From positions 1-64,000 of the forward strand of contig JAZDDX010000020.1 in assembly GCA_043809315.1 (NCBI GenBank): DNA of 64,000 nucleotides. Direction: 5' to 3'. The DNA comes from Pseudomonadota bacterium. GTDB lineage: Bacteria; Bdellovibrionota_G; JALEGL01; DATDPG01. Position numbers and translations under genes: made by a program. This document shows positions 10,335 to 19,394 of the stretch, one piece after another (position 1 is the first letter of the stretch; each line of letters begins with the position of its first letter). Below the pieces are notes generated by a model. It had not been told where the DNA came from, searched no databases, and saw only the letters and a list, made by a program, of their open reading frames with translations.

Positions 10335-11528
10335 TCAAGAAGCGTCGGTAACGAGCGGCACGGTGATCGTGAAGGTCGCGCCTTTTTCGGGCTGGCTTTC
10401 GACGTCGATCGAGAAGTTGTGGAGCTTGGAGACCTCCCGGACGATCGCGAGCCCCAAGCCGGTCCCATTCTCGTGTTTCCGGACCGCCTCGTTCGTCCGG
10501 AAATAATCGCTGAAGATTTTGGATTGGTTCGCCTCGGAGATTCCGATGCCGTGATCCCGCACCGAGACACCGAACTTCCGCTCCCCCCGTTTTTCGAAAA
10601 AGATCTCTACCTTTGAGTTGTTGTGCGAGTAGTTCACGGCATTCTCGATCAAAGCGGCAAATAACGCCTTGACCTGCCCGCGGTTGCAGTGGACTTTGTC
10701 CGGCCCGCCCAGCGGCTTGAACACGAACTGGATCCCGCGGGTGTTCGCAATCACGGTGTGCGCCTCGATCGCGTCGAAGAGGATCTCGTTGAGGCTCTCG
10801 TCCTCCATCCGGATCTTCTCCCGGTCGGTCGTCCGGAGGTTCGCAAGTTCAAGCATGTCCTTGATGGAACTCGAGAGCAGCTCGCAGCGGATCCGAATCT
10901 TGTTCACGATGTCCCGCGTCTGATCCGTGATCTCCCCCGTATACCCATCCAGAATGATGTCCGTATAGCTCTGGATGGCGGCGAACGGCGCTTTCAAGTG
11001 GTGCGTGGCCCGGAGAAGATAACTGGTTTTCTCCTCGTTCACGTTCACCAGCTCCTGATTCAGCTTTTCGTACTGCACGATCTTTTCTTCCAAGTCGCGG
11101 TTCGCTTTTTCGATCTCCTCCGTTCGTTCGACGATCCGGCGTTCCAGCTTCTTTTTGTACGCCTCGAGCTTCTCCGCGACCCTCCGTTGCGTCTCCAGGA
11201 GATGCCAGATGATCCGCATCCCGGTGGAACTGATCAGGGCTGTGTCGGGATGCTTGATCTCCCGGATCTTCTTGAACAGATCCCTGTTCCCCGTCACCTC
11301 GAGGATCAGGTCGATCTTCGAGTTCCCCGCCAGCTCGTCGATACAGCCGTCGGAACGGAACGGAATCCCCTTTTCGCGCGCCAGGAGAATTCCCGGGGCG
11401 TTCGCGTCGGTGTCGATGACGTACTCCACGGTGATCCCGGGAATCCGGAGAAGGGTGGTAAGGATCGCCTTGCCTCCTTGCCCCGCGCCGACCAGCACGA
11501 TCACATCCTGTTGGGCCAACTCGTCCAT
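10335..11528 (-). CDS. Soluble sensor histidine kinase with an N-terminal Rossmann-like domain
   Basis: N-terminal VLVGAGQGG...VID....APG...DLILEVTG; coiled coil; H-box ATHHLKAP; N-box ENAVNYS; DHGIGI; GTGLGL; no transmembrane segment. Confidence 0.88.
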   Translation of the reverse strand: MDELAQQDVIVLVGAGQGGKAILTTLLRIPGITVEYVIDTDANAPGILLAREKGIPFRSDGCIDELAGNSKIDLILEVTGNRDLFKKIREIKHPDTALISSTGMRIIWHLLETQRRVAEKLEAYKKKLERRIVERTEEIEKANRDLEEKIVQYEKLNQELVNVNEEKTSYLLRATHHLKAPFAAIQSYTDIILDGYTGEITDQTRDIVNKIRIRCELLSSSIKDMLELANLRTTDREKIRMEDESLNEILFDAIEAHTVIANTRGIQFVFKPLGGPDKVHCNRGQVKALFAALIENAVNYSHNNSKVEIFFEKRGERKFGVSVRDHGIGISEANQSKIFSDYFRTNEAVRKHENGTGLGLAIVREVSKLHNFSIDVESQPEKGATFTITVPLVTDAS

Positions 11529-11620
11529 TACGTTTCCGATCCGCCCCCTTTTGAATGGTCCCGAAAGGTAAGGTATGTTAACACCCGACTCGATTAGACA
11601 CTATTTTCCAAGGAGCGCCC

Positions 11621-12028
11621 GTGGCGAAAGTCTACAAAGTGTACATCGTGGACGATGACCGGAACATCGTGGAATCCCTGTCGATTGTCCTCAAGACTGC
11701 CGGATACGAGATCGGCTGCCAATACGACGAGGAAAACATTGTCTCGAACGTCGAGAAATTCAAACCGGATGTCGTGATCCTGGACGTCATGTTCCCCGAG
11801 GACGACAGCGCGGGGTTCGAGCTCGCCCGAAAACTGAAGACCAACGACTCCACCAACCGGATTCCGATCCTGATGCTCTCCGCGATCAACGAGAAAGGGA
11901 TCTACACCGGAAAATTCTCCAACCGAGACCGCGACCCCAGCTGGCTTCCGGTGCAGGAGTTCGTGGAAAAACCGATCAACCCGAAAGCCCTTCTGGCGAA
12001 GGTCGAAGCGCTCCGCGACAAGAAGTAG
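11621..12028 (+). CDS. Single-domain response regulator (receiver only)
   Basis: IVDDD, ILDVMFP (phospho-Asp), LMLSA, VEKP; AAGGAG RBS before GTG. Confidence 0.92.
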   Translation: MAKVYKVYIVDDDRNIVESLSIVLKTAGYEIGCQYDEENIVSNVEKFKPDVVILDVMFPEDDSAGFELARKLKTNDSTNRIPILMLSAINEKGIYTGKFSNRDRDPSWLPVQEFVEKPINPKALLAKVEALRDKK

Positions 12029-12043
12029 CCGTCGGCAGGGAGA

Positions 12044-12057
12044 TTGATTCAGATCAG
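12044..12057 (+). promoter_or_regulatory. FNR-box-like site upstream of hdrCBA-flxDCBA
   Basis: TTGAT-TCAG-ATCAG matches 9 of 10 positions of TTGAT-N4-ATCAA; -10-like TAATAA/TAAGAT at 12080-12088. Confidence 0.65.
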
Positions 12058-12086
12058 TATCGACCCGCCATATTTCGGGTAATAAG

Positions 12087-12620
12087 ATGATCGTGTCGAG
12101 TTCTTCTGAAACGCTTCGGGGACGTGTGACCCTTGCCAGCGGCCAGGACCCGTTCCGTTGTTATCAGTGTGGGAACTGCAGCGCCGGCTGCCCGATGGCG
12201 GGAAAAGGGGATCTCCTCCCCCACCAAGTTTTCCGGCACCTTCAGATCGACAGTGACGAGCCGTTGCGTTCCGTCCAGCCGTGGCTCTGCGTTGGCTGCC
12301 AGACTTGCGCCGTCCGATGTCCCCAGGAACTCGACCTCTCCCTCGTCATGGATGCGCTACGGGCGGAAGCCGAAAAAGCCGGCACCGTCCCGGCCGAGGC
12401 CCGTCGGATGAGGGAGTTCAACCGGATCTTCGTCGACCAGGTGATGTCGGGCGGGCGTCTTTCCGAGATGGAGTTGGGCGCGATGTTCAACTGGAAGACA
12501 CGCAACCCGTTTGAAAACGTGTCGGCTCTTCCGTCGCTTCTGAAACGCGGAAAAGTCCGCCTGTCTTTCAAGAAAGTTCGGGGCCCCGGGAAAATCCACC
12601 GGAAGGAAAAGTCCTCATGA
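12087..12620 (+). CDS. hdrC: Heterodisulfide reductase subunit C
   Basis: CYQCGNCSAGCP and WLCVGCQTCAVRCP; GRLSE motif. The start may be GTG at 12093. Confidence 0.9.
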   Translation: MIVSSSSETLRGRVTLASGQDPFRCYQCGNCSAGCPMAGKGDLLPHQVFRHLQIDSDEPLRSVQPWLCVGCQTCAVRCPQELDLSLVMDALRAEAEKAGTVPAEARRMREFNRIFVDQVMSGGRLSEMELGAMFNWKTRNPFENVSALPSLLKRGKVRLSFKKVRGPGKIHRKEKSS

Positions 12621-13432
12621 ACGACTTCACCTACTTCCCCGGCTGCTCGTTGCACGCGACGGCCCGCGAATACGACGAGTCGCTCCGCGCCGTGGCGCGC
12701 GAGGCGGGGCTATCCCTGCGAGAGATCAAAGACTGGTGCTGCTGCGGCGCCACGCCCGCGCATGCGCTCGACCCGAAAGCAGCGGAGATCCTCGGACGTT
12801 GGAATCTTGCGCAGGCCACGAAGGCGGGGAAATCCCCGGTCCTGACCGGCTGCGCCTCCTGCTTTTCACGCCTCCGCGCAGTTCGCGAGAAGACTGACCT
12901 CGCCGTCCTCCACATCGCACAGGTTCTCAACCATCCCGAGATGCGCGAAAAGCTCGCGGCGAAGATTCGGAAACCCCTTCAGGGGTTGAAGGTGGCCTGC
13001 TACTACGGCTGCCTCCTGACCCGACCCCGCGGGGAGGATGCCGTGGACGACGCCGAAAACCCCCGGATCCTCGAGGACCTCGTCCGGTTGACCGGGGCCG
13101 AAGCGGTCGATTGGCCGCTCCGCCTCGACTGCTGCGGGGCATCGATGGCGCTCCCGCGCCCCGATCTCGTCCGCGAGTTGTCGGGTAAGATTCTGACGAT
13201 GGCCCACGAGCGGGGGGCCGACGTGGTGATGGTGGCCTGCCCTCTCTGCCACTCCAACCTCGATTTTCAGCAGGAAGCCGCCCTGAAAGGGCGCGATTTC
13301 CGGATTCCGATCGTCTACCTCACGCAGCTGATCGGCCTCGCACTCGGAATCCCAGTGCAGAAGCTCGGCCTCCAGCGGCACTTCGTTCCGGTGCCGGCCA
13401 AAGAATGGCTGAAGGAGCCGGCGCATGTCTAG
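12617..13432 (+). CDS. hdrB: Heterodisulfide reductase subunit B (two CCG domains)
   Basis: YFPGC, WCCCG, CASC, YYGC, DCCG, ACPLC..NLD; ATGA coupling to hdrC. Confidence 0.93.
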   Translation: MNDFTYFPGCSLHATAREYDESLRAVAREAGLSLREIKDWCCCGATPAHALDPKAAEILGRWNLAQATKAGKSPVLTGCASCFSRLRAVREKTDLAVLHIAQVLNHPEMREKLAAKIRKPLQGLKVACYYGCLLTRPRGEDAVDDAENPRILEDLVRLTGAEAVDWPLRLDCCGASMALPRPDLVRELSGKILTMAHERGADVVMVACPLCHSNLDFQQEAALKGRDFRIPIVYLTQLIGLALGIPVQKLGLQRHFVPVPAKEWLKEPAHV

Positions 13433-15422
13433 GATCGGCGTCTTTATTTGTCACTGCGGTGAGAATATCGGACGGACGGTCGACTGCTCGAGGGTCGCTG
13501 AAGCGGTCAAGAACCTTCCCGGCGTCAAGATTTCGACCGACTACAAGTACGTCTGCTCCGACCCTGGACAGAACATGATCCGGCAGGCCGTGCGCGAGAA
13601 CAAACTAGACGGCGTGGTCGTGGCCGCCTGTTCACCGGCGATGCATGAGCCGACATTTCGCCGAGCGGTTGCGAACGAAGGTCTCAATCCGTTTCGCTGC
13701 GAGATGGTGAACCTGCGCGAGCAGTGTTCCTGGGTGCACGACGACCGCGAAGCCGCCACGGCGAAGGCGATCGATCTCGTCCGGATGATGGTCGAGAAGG
13801 TCAAGCGGAACCGGGATCTCTATCCGATTATGGTTCCGATGACCCGGCGAGCGCTCGTGGTGGGGGGCGGAATCGCCGGAATCCAGGCGGCCCTTGACCT
13901 CGCCAACAGCGGGCATTCGGTGGTGCTTGTGGAAAAAGACCCGTCGATCGGCGGGCATATGAGCCAGCTCTCCGAGACGTTCCCGACACTCGATTGCTCG
14001 CAGTGCATCCTGACGCCCCGGATGGTCGAGGTGGCACAGCATCCGTTGATCACCCTTCACACCTATTCCGAAGTCGAGAAGGTCGAAGGGTTCATCGGGA
14101 ATTTCAAAGTCACGATCCGCAAGAAAGCCCGCTACGTCGACATGGCGAAGTGCAACGGATGCGGAACCTGCATGCAGAAATGTCCCCAGAAAAAAATCCC
14201 CTCCACGTTCGACGCCGGTTTGGGGATGCGCGCCGCGATCTACGTCCCGTTCCCACAGGCGGTGCCGAACAAACCGGTCATCGACCGCGAGAACTGCACC
14301 TACTTCAAGAACGGGAAGTGCGGAGTCTGTGCCAAGCTTTGCGGTCCGAAAGCCGTGGATTTCACACAGGTGGACGAGGTCGTGACTGAGAATGTCGGCG
14401 CGGTGGTCCTGGCGACCGGGTATTCCCTCTACGACATCGGCGTAAACGAAGGTCCGGTCCGCGGATACCCGGAATACGGCGGCGGGAAGATCAAAGATGT
14501 GATCGACGGTCTCCAATTCGAGCGCCTCGCCTCGGCCTCGGGGCCGACCCAGGGGGAGATCCGCCGGCCCTCGGACGGGAAGATCCCGAAGACGATCGTT
14601 TTCCTTCAGTGCATCGGAAGCCGCGATTCCTCGAAAGGGATCGAGTACTGCTCGAAGATCTGCTGCATGTACACGGCGAAGCACGCCATCCTCTACAAAC
14701 ACAAAGTACACGACGGGAAGGCGATCGTTTTCTACATGGACGTCCGCGCCCCGGGGAAAGGGTACGACGAGTTCGTCCGAAGGGCCGTCGAGGAGGACGA
14801 GGTGCTTTACCTCCGCGGCCGCGTTTCACGAATGTACGAAGACAAGGGACAAATCGTCGTCTCCGGCGTCGACACGCTCTCCGCCCGAACGATGGAGATC
14901 CGCGCCGACCTCGTCGTCCTGGCGACCGCAACCCGGGCGCAGCCCAACGCCAACAAGTTGGCCCAGTTCTTCGGCGTGGGGTACGACGGCCATCAATTCT
15001 ATTCGGAAGCTCACCCGAAACTTCGCCCGGTCGAAACCGCCGCCGCCGGAATCTTCCTGGCGGGGGCCTGCCAGGGACCGAAGGACATCCCGGAATCGGT
15101 GGCCCAGGCGAGCGCCACGGCATCGAAAGTGAACGTCCTCTTCTCGAAAGAACTTCTCGAGCGCGAACCGATCGTGGCGCATGTGAACGAATCCACTTGC
15201 ATCGCCTGCCTCGCCTGCAAAGAAGTCTGCCCCTATAACGCCGTAGAGGTATTCGAAATCAAGGACAAGCAGGGGCGGCTCTTGAAGCGCGTGTCGCGTG
15301 TGAACACCGGCGTATGCAACGGCTGCGGCACCTGCATCGCAACCTGTCCGTCGAAATCGCTGGAGCTGGACGGCTACACGGACGAACAGATCCATGCCCA
15401 GATCGGAGCGTTGGTCGCATGA
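13425..15422 (+). CDS. hdrA: Heterodisulfide reductase subunit A, full-length
   Basis: IGVFICHCG, VAACSP, NLREQC, GGGIAG, TFPTLDCSQC, inserted and C-terminal 2x[4Fe-4S] motifs, CIGSRD, CSKICC, GPKDIP. Confidence 0.96.
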   Translation: MSRIGVFICHCGENIGRTVDCSRVAEAVKNLPGVKISTDYKYVCSDPGQNMIRQAVRENKLDGVVVAACSPAMHEPTFRRAVANEGLNPFRCEMVNLREQCSWVHDDREAATAKAIDLVRMMVEKVKRNRDLYPIMVPMTRRALVVGGGIAGIQAALDLANSGHSVVLVEKDPSIGGHMSQLSETFPTLDCSQCILTPRMVEVAQHPLITLHTYSEVEKVEGFIGNFKVTIRKKARYVDMAKCNGCGTCMQKCPQKKIPSTFDAGLGMRAAIYVPFPQAVPNKPVIDRENCTYFKNGKCGVCAKLCGPKAVDFTQVDEVVTENVGAVVLATGYSLYDIGVNEGPVRGYPEYGGGKIKDVIDGLQFERLASASGPTQGEIRRPSDGKIPKTIVFLQCIGSRDSSKGIEYCSKICCMYTAKHAILYKHKVHDGKAIVFYMDVRAPGKGYDEFVRRAVEEDEVLYLRGRVSRMYEDKGQIVVSGVDTLSARTMEIRADLVVLATATRAQPNANKLAQFFGVGYDGHQFYSEAHPKLRPVETAAAGIFLAGACQGPKDIPESVAQASATASKVNVLFSKELLEREPIVAHVNESTCIACLACKEVCPYNAVEVFEIKDKQGRLLKRVSRVNTGVCNGCGTCIATCPSKSLELDGYTDEQIHAQIGALVA

Positions 15423-16630
15423 CGGAGAAAAGCTGGGAGCCGAAGATCGCCGCCTTTGTCTGCCGCTGGTGCACGTACGCAGGGGCCGACCTCGCGGGAA
15501 CGAGCCGCCTCAAGTACCCGCCGCAGATCCGGATCATCAAGCTCCCCTGCACGGGACGGATCGACGCTCTCTTTATCCTTCGCGCCTTCGCGATGGGGGC
15601 CGACGGGGTACTGGTCTCCGGCTGCCATCCAGGGGATTGCCACTACACTTCCGGGAACTTCGTGGCGCGGCGACGCTTCGCTCTTCTGCATGAGCTTCTG
15701 GAGTTCATCGGACTGGACATGAACCGCCTCCACTTCTCCTGGGTCTCGGCCGCGGAAGGAGCGAAGTTCGTCGATGTCGTCAGTAAGGTGACGGAAGCGA
15801 TCCGCTCCGCCGGTCCCTTCCCCGGATTCCGGCCGAAGAAGGGCGGGAAGGCCTCTGTCTCTGAACAGGTTTCGGATAAGTTGGATCTCCTCGAACCGGC
15901 CGGTTTCTCCGAGATGAAGGAGGATCTGACGTCGAACAAAGTCCGCGCAATCCTCGGCACCCAACCCGGAAGAAGAACACAAAGTCTTCGGCTGTTTTGG
16001 GCAAGTGACCCGGAGAAACTCGGTCTCATGCGGCGAAGTCACAGGAACATGCCCTCTCTCTCCACCTACCTCGTCCGAAAACTCCGCGAGGAGCCGGAAG
16101 GGGTGTTCGGAATCGCCGCCGGACCGCTGGATCGAGAGGCGTTGGAAAAACTTACCGCTGAATCCCAGGTCGACCCGGCCCGGATCAAGGTTTACGCGCA
16201 GGACAGAGAACTCCCTCCTTGGAAGGGGAAAGAGGCAAATGCGTATGCTGTCCCCGGATTAGATCGCCCCGTAAGTGAACGATGGGAATTCTGGACCGGC
16301 GTCTTCGGGAACTGCCTCCGCTGTTACGCCTGCCGGGAGGGGTGCCCGCTCTGCTCCTGTATCCGTTGTGTGGCCGACAAAACACGCCCCCGCTGGATCG
16401 ACTCTTCCCCCACGCCGGCTGGAAACTGGCTCTGGAACGTAACCAGAGCGTTTCACTTGGGAGGCCGTTGCGTGGAGTGCGGAACGTGCACCGAGGCCTG
16501 CCCGGTCGGGATCCCTCTCGGGGCGTTGAGCGCTCATTTGAACCGCGCGGTCGAGAGACTGTTCGGGAAGTCCGAGCGCTCTCCACTCGTAACCTTTAAG
16601 CCGGACGACAAGGCGCCGTTTATTCTATGA
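15419..16630 (+). CDS. flxCD: FlxD-FlxC fusion (MvhD-like [2Fe-2S] domain plus 4Fe-4S dicluster domain)
   Basis: N-terminal FVCRWCTYAGAD...CTGR...GCHPGDCHY...WVSAAEG; C-terminal CLRCYACREGCPLCSC..C and GRCVECGTCTEACP. Start moved to the ATGA overlap at 15419. Confidence 0.85.
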   Translation: MTEKSWEPKIAAFVCRWCTYAGADLAGTSRLKYPPQIRIIKLPCTGRIDALFILRAFAMGADGVLVSGCHPGDCHYTSGNFVARRRFALLHELLEFIGLDMNRLHFSWVSAAEGAKFVDVVSKVTEAIRSAGPFPGFRPKKGGKASVSEQVSDKLDLLEPAGFSEMKEDLTSNKVRAILGTQPGRRTQSLRLFWASDPEKLGLMRRSHRNMPSLSTYLVRKLREEPEGVFGIAAGPLDREALEKLTAESQVDPARIKVYAQDRELPPWKGKEANAYAVPGLDRPVSERWEFWTGVFGNCLRCYACREGCPLCSCIRCVADKTRPRWIDSSPTPAGNWLWNVTRAFHLGGRCVECGTCTEACPVGIPLGALSAHLNRAVERLFGKSERSPLVTFKPDDKAPFIL

Positions 16631-17625
16631 CCTGGACTCGTGACGACCTGAAAGTTTGGACGAGAGCGCTCTTGAGAACTCATCGTGTGGTGGCTCCCGT
16701 TGCGGGACCGAACGGCTATGTTTTCGCGGAGGTGACCGATCCGGAGACGATCGCGTGGGATTACACGCGGACCTCCCTCTCTCCTCGGGAGTGGCTGATC
16801 CCCCGTTCCGAACCTCTTTTCGATTACGATCTCGCGTCGAACCCTCCGAAGCTTTCGGAGCCGGCGATCGAAGCGAAACCGACCGTGATCTTGTTGCTCC
16901 GCTCGTGCGATGTAGCGGGACTCCGGGCGCTGGATGCCGTGATGCGCTGGGATTACACCGACGAGGGATTCGAGGCGAAACGCGCCGCCACGATCTTCGT
17001 CTCGCTCGGATGCAATCAGCCCGCATCCAAAGAGGCCTGCTTTTGCGAGTCTGCTGGGATCGATCCGCGGTTTGCCTCCGCAACCGACGTGGCGGTTGAA
17101 ATTGCGGAGAACGGGTACCGTGTTTACGCCGTCACCGAAACGGGGAAGCAACTGCTTGCCTCGGCCCCTAAGACTCTCTCTGAGGGAAGACCCGAAGCAA
17201 AACCGATCGGCACCGTAAAGGTGGAGGTCGAAAAGGCGCGTTCCTGGCTCAAGGATCACTTCGATGACCCGTTCTGGCAGGAGATCTCAGAGGCCTGCCT
17301 CGGGTGCGGCTCTTGCGCCTTCCTCTGCCCCAGTTGCCACTGTTTCGACGTCGTGGACGAGGGGAACTGGAAGCAGGGCTCGCGCATGCGCAATTGGGAC
17401 TCCTGCGCCTTCGGGCACTTTACCGCGCACGCCACCGGACACAACCCCCGCCCGCGGCAGTCGAACCGCTACCGACAGCGGATCTATCATAAGTTCCTTT
17501 ATTACCCGGAAAAGTTCGGCCCCCTCCTCTGCACCGGTTGCGGGCGCTGCATCGACAACTGCCCGGCCGGGATGGATTTGATCAAAGTGTTGAACGAGGC
17601 GGCCGCGAAGGGAGCTCCGAAATGA
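16627..17625 (+). CDS. flxB: FlxB (AsrA/HydB-like 4Fe-4S protein)
   Basis: RSCD, CFC, CLGCGSCAFLCPSCHCF, RNWDSC, RYRQRIYHKF, CTGCGRCIDNCP. Confidence 0.85.
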   Translation: MTWTRDDLKVWTRALLRTHRVVAPVAGPNGYVFAEVTDPETIAWDYTRTSLSPREWLIPRSEPLFDYDLASNPPKLSEPAIEAKPTVILLLRSCDVAGLRALDAVMRWDYTDEGFEAKRAATIFVSLGCNQPASKEACFCESAGIDPRFASATDVAVEIAENGYRVYAVTETGKQLLASAPKTLSEGRPEAKPIGTVKVEVEKARSWLKDHFDDPFWQEISEACLGCGSCAFLCPSCHCFDVVDEGNWKQGSRMRNWDSCAFGHFTAHATGHNPRPRQSNRYRQRIYHKFLYYPEKFGPLLCTGCGRCIDNCPAGMDLIKVLNEAAAKGAPK

Positions 17626-18458
17626 GCCTCTACACCCCCCATCTCATGGAGATCACGGAAGCCCGTCGGGAGACGCCGGACGTCAAAACGTTCAAGCTCA
17701 AGTTCGTGGATCCCTCCGCGGCCGAACGTTTCTCGTTCCAAGCGGGGCAATTCGGTCTCTATTCCGCCTTCGGCGAAGGGGAGTCGACGTTCTGCATCGC
17801 TTCCCCTCCGACCTGGAAAGATCACATCGAGTGCACGTTTCGAAAGATCGGAAAAGTGACGGAGGGGCTCTTCAATAAAGAGCCGGGGGATGTGATCGGT
17901 TTCCGGGGCCCGTATGGGAACCGTTTTCCGCTGGAGGAGTTCGAGAAGAAAGATCTTCTCTTCGTGGTTGGCGGGATCGCGTTGCCCCCCCTTCGCTGCC
18001 TGATCTGGAACATTCTCGACGAGCGCAAGCGGTTCGGAGCGGTTCGGATTCTCTACGGCGCCCGCTCGGTGGGAGATCTGGTCTACAAAGACGAACTGAA
18101 AGCCTGGAGCGAACGTCCCGATATGGAGTTAGTGACCACCGTCGATCCCGGCGGAGAAACACCCGACTGGAAGGGGAAGGTCGGGTTTGTTCCGAAGATC
18201 CTAGACGAATGGGCCCCCTCCTCGAAAAACAGTTTAGCGTTCGTCTGCGGCCCGCCGATCATGATCAAACTTTCGATGCCGGTGTTGGAAAAACTCGGTT
18301 TCTCGCACGAGCGGATCTACACGACGCTCGAGAATCGGATGAAATGCGGCGTGGGGAAGTGCGGCCGCTGCAACATCGGCGGGACCTACGTCTGCAAGGA
18401 AGGGCCCGTCTTCACATTCGCCGAGATGTCGAAGCTCCCGATTTCGAGTGATTACTAG
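17622..18458 (+). CDS. flxA: FlxA, FAD/NAD(P)-binding subunit with a [2Fe-2S] cluster (AsrB/PyrK-like)
   Basis: GQF, GES, RGPYGN, GGIALPP, YGAR, CGPPIM, LENRMKCGVGKCGRC...CKEGPVF. Start moved to the ATGA overlap. Confidence 0.88.
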   Translation: MSLYTPHLMEITEARRETPDVKTFKLKFVDPSAAERFSFQAGQFGLYSAFGEGESTFCIASPPTWKDHIECTFRKIGKVTEGLFNKEPGDVIGFRGPYGNRFPLEEFEKKDLLFVVGGIALPPLRCLIWNILDERKRFGAVRILYGARSVGDLVYKDELKAWSERPDMELVTTVDPGGETPDWKGKVGFVPKILDEWAPSSKNSLAFVCGPPIMIKLSMPVLEKLGFSHERIYTTLENRMKCGVGKCGRCNIGGTYVCKEGPVFTFAEMSKLPISSDY

Positions 18459-18850
18459 GTACCGCAGCCGCAGGGGCCGAATCCGCAGTTGTTGTACTGA
18501 ACGCTGATCCGCGCGAGCTTCAAAAGCTTGCTGATCTCTTTCGGTTCCCCCATCGACCAACCGAGGAGCTCCATCCACGATTCGACATCTGTATCCGGTG
18601 CCGAACTGGCTGCCGACATCAACGCCCTTTCGACATCCCCCAAATCACACCCGACCTGACAGGTCGAAAAACAACCGCTCGAGATCTTCACTCGGGTCGC
18701 CTCCAACTGCCGGGGCAGCTCCGGTCCGAACGGGATCCCGCGGCCCCTCAATTCCTCGTGCCACGCCCCCAAAACGGCATAACGCAGACCGAATTTCTGC
18801 AAAACCGAGAATTCTTGCGTTTGGGAAGGGGTCGGAGCGGTTTCGGCCAT
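18455..18850 (-). CDS. Hypothetical Cys-rich protein, last gene of the mvh operon
   Basis: AGGAGG RBS; GCFSTCQVGC and C-terminal NNCGFGPCGCGT. Confidence 0.7.
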   Translation of the reverse strand: MAETAPTPSQTQEFSVLQKFGLRYAVLGAWHEELRGRGIPFGPELPRQLEATRVKISSGCFSTCQVGCDLGDVERALMSAASSAPDTDVESWMELLGWSMGEPKEISKLLKLARISVQYNNCGFGPCGCGT

Positions 18851-18880
18851 GACATGCCTCCTGAAAAATGTTCAGGCACT

Positions 18881-19387
18881 CTATACAGATTCGGCCCGAA
18901 CGAAACAAGGGGGGCGCGCGATCTTTTCGACTTCGGCGCCGATCTCCCGCGCATACTCCGGAAACCGCTGTTCGAGAGCTTCCGTCATCCGCTCGGAGAA
19001 CGTCAAATTGTCCTCCACCTCCACGGCAAAGATCGAAATCTCCTCCTCCCGCGGGATCTTCTGACCCATTCGGCGCCCCAACTCGAGCGCGGTCGCGAAG
19101 TTCGTGTCGTGAACGTTCCGGAGGTTCATCGTCTCGCGGAGATCGGTCCCGCCGAAACGGTACCAATCTCCCGGTTTACCGCCGGCCCCTTTGATGGAAT
19201 CCAACACGATCAGGCGATCGTACCCTTCCACAATATCCAAGATGTTGAGACCGCCAACCGAACATTCTTCCATGACCGTGAAGTCGGGAAGGTTTCCGAG
19301 CTGCTCTTTCAGATATCGCGCCAGCCGGACACCGACGGCGTCATCCGAAAGGATCGGATTTCCCATTCCCAGAAGAAGTGTTTTCAA
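18881..19387 (-). CDS. Hydrogenase maturation protease for MvhA
   Basis: LLLGMGNPILSDDAVG, LIVLDS, VHD; TTG start after GAGG. Confidence 0.9.
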   Translation of the reverse strand: MKTLLLGMGNPILSDDAVGVRLARYLKEQLGNLPDFTVMEECSVGGLNILDIVEGYDRLIVLDSIKGAGGKPGDWYRFGGTDLRETMNLRNVHDTNFATALELGRRMGQKIPREEEISIFAVEVEDNLTFSERMTEALEQRFPEYAREIGAEVEKIARPPCFVRAESV

Positions 19388-19394
19388 TGGACCT

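Noticed and set aside
11576-11583. TGTTAACA palindrome between the kinase and receiver genes
   Set aside because: Only 8 bp, and I did not see it repeated upstream of other operons.
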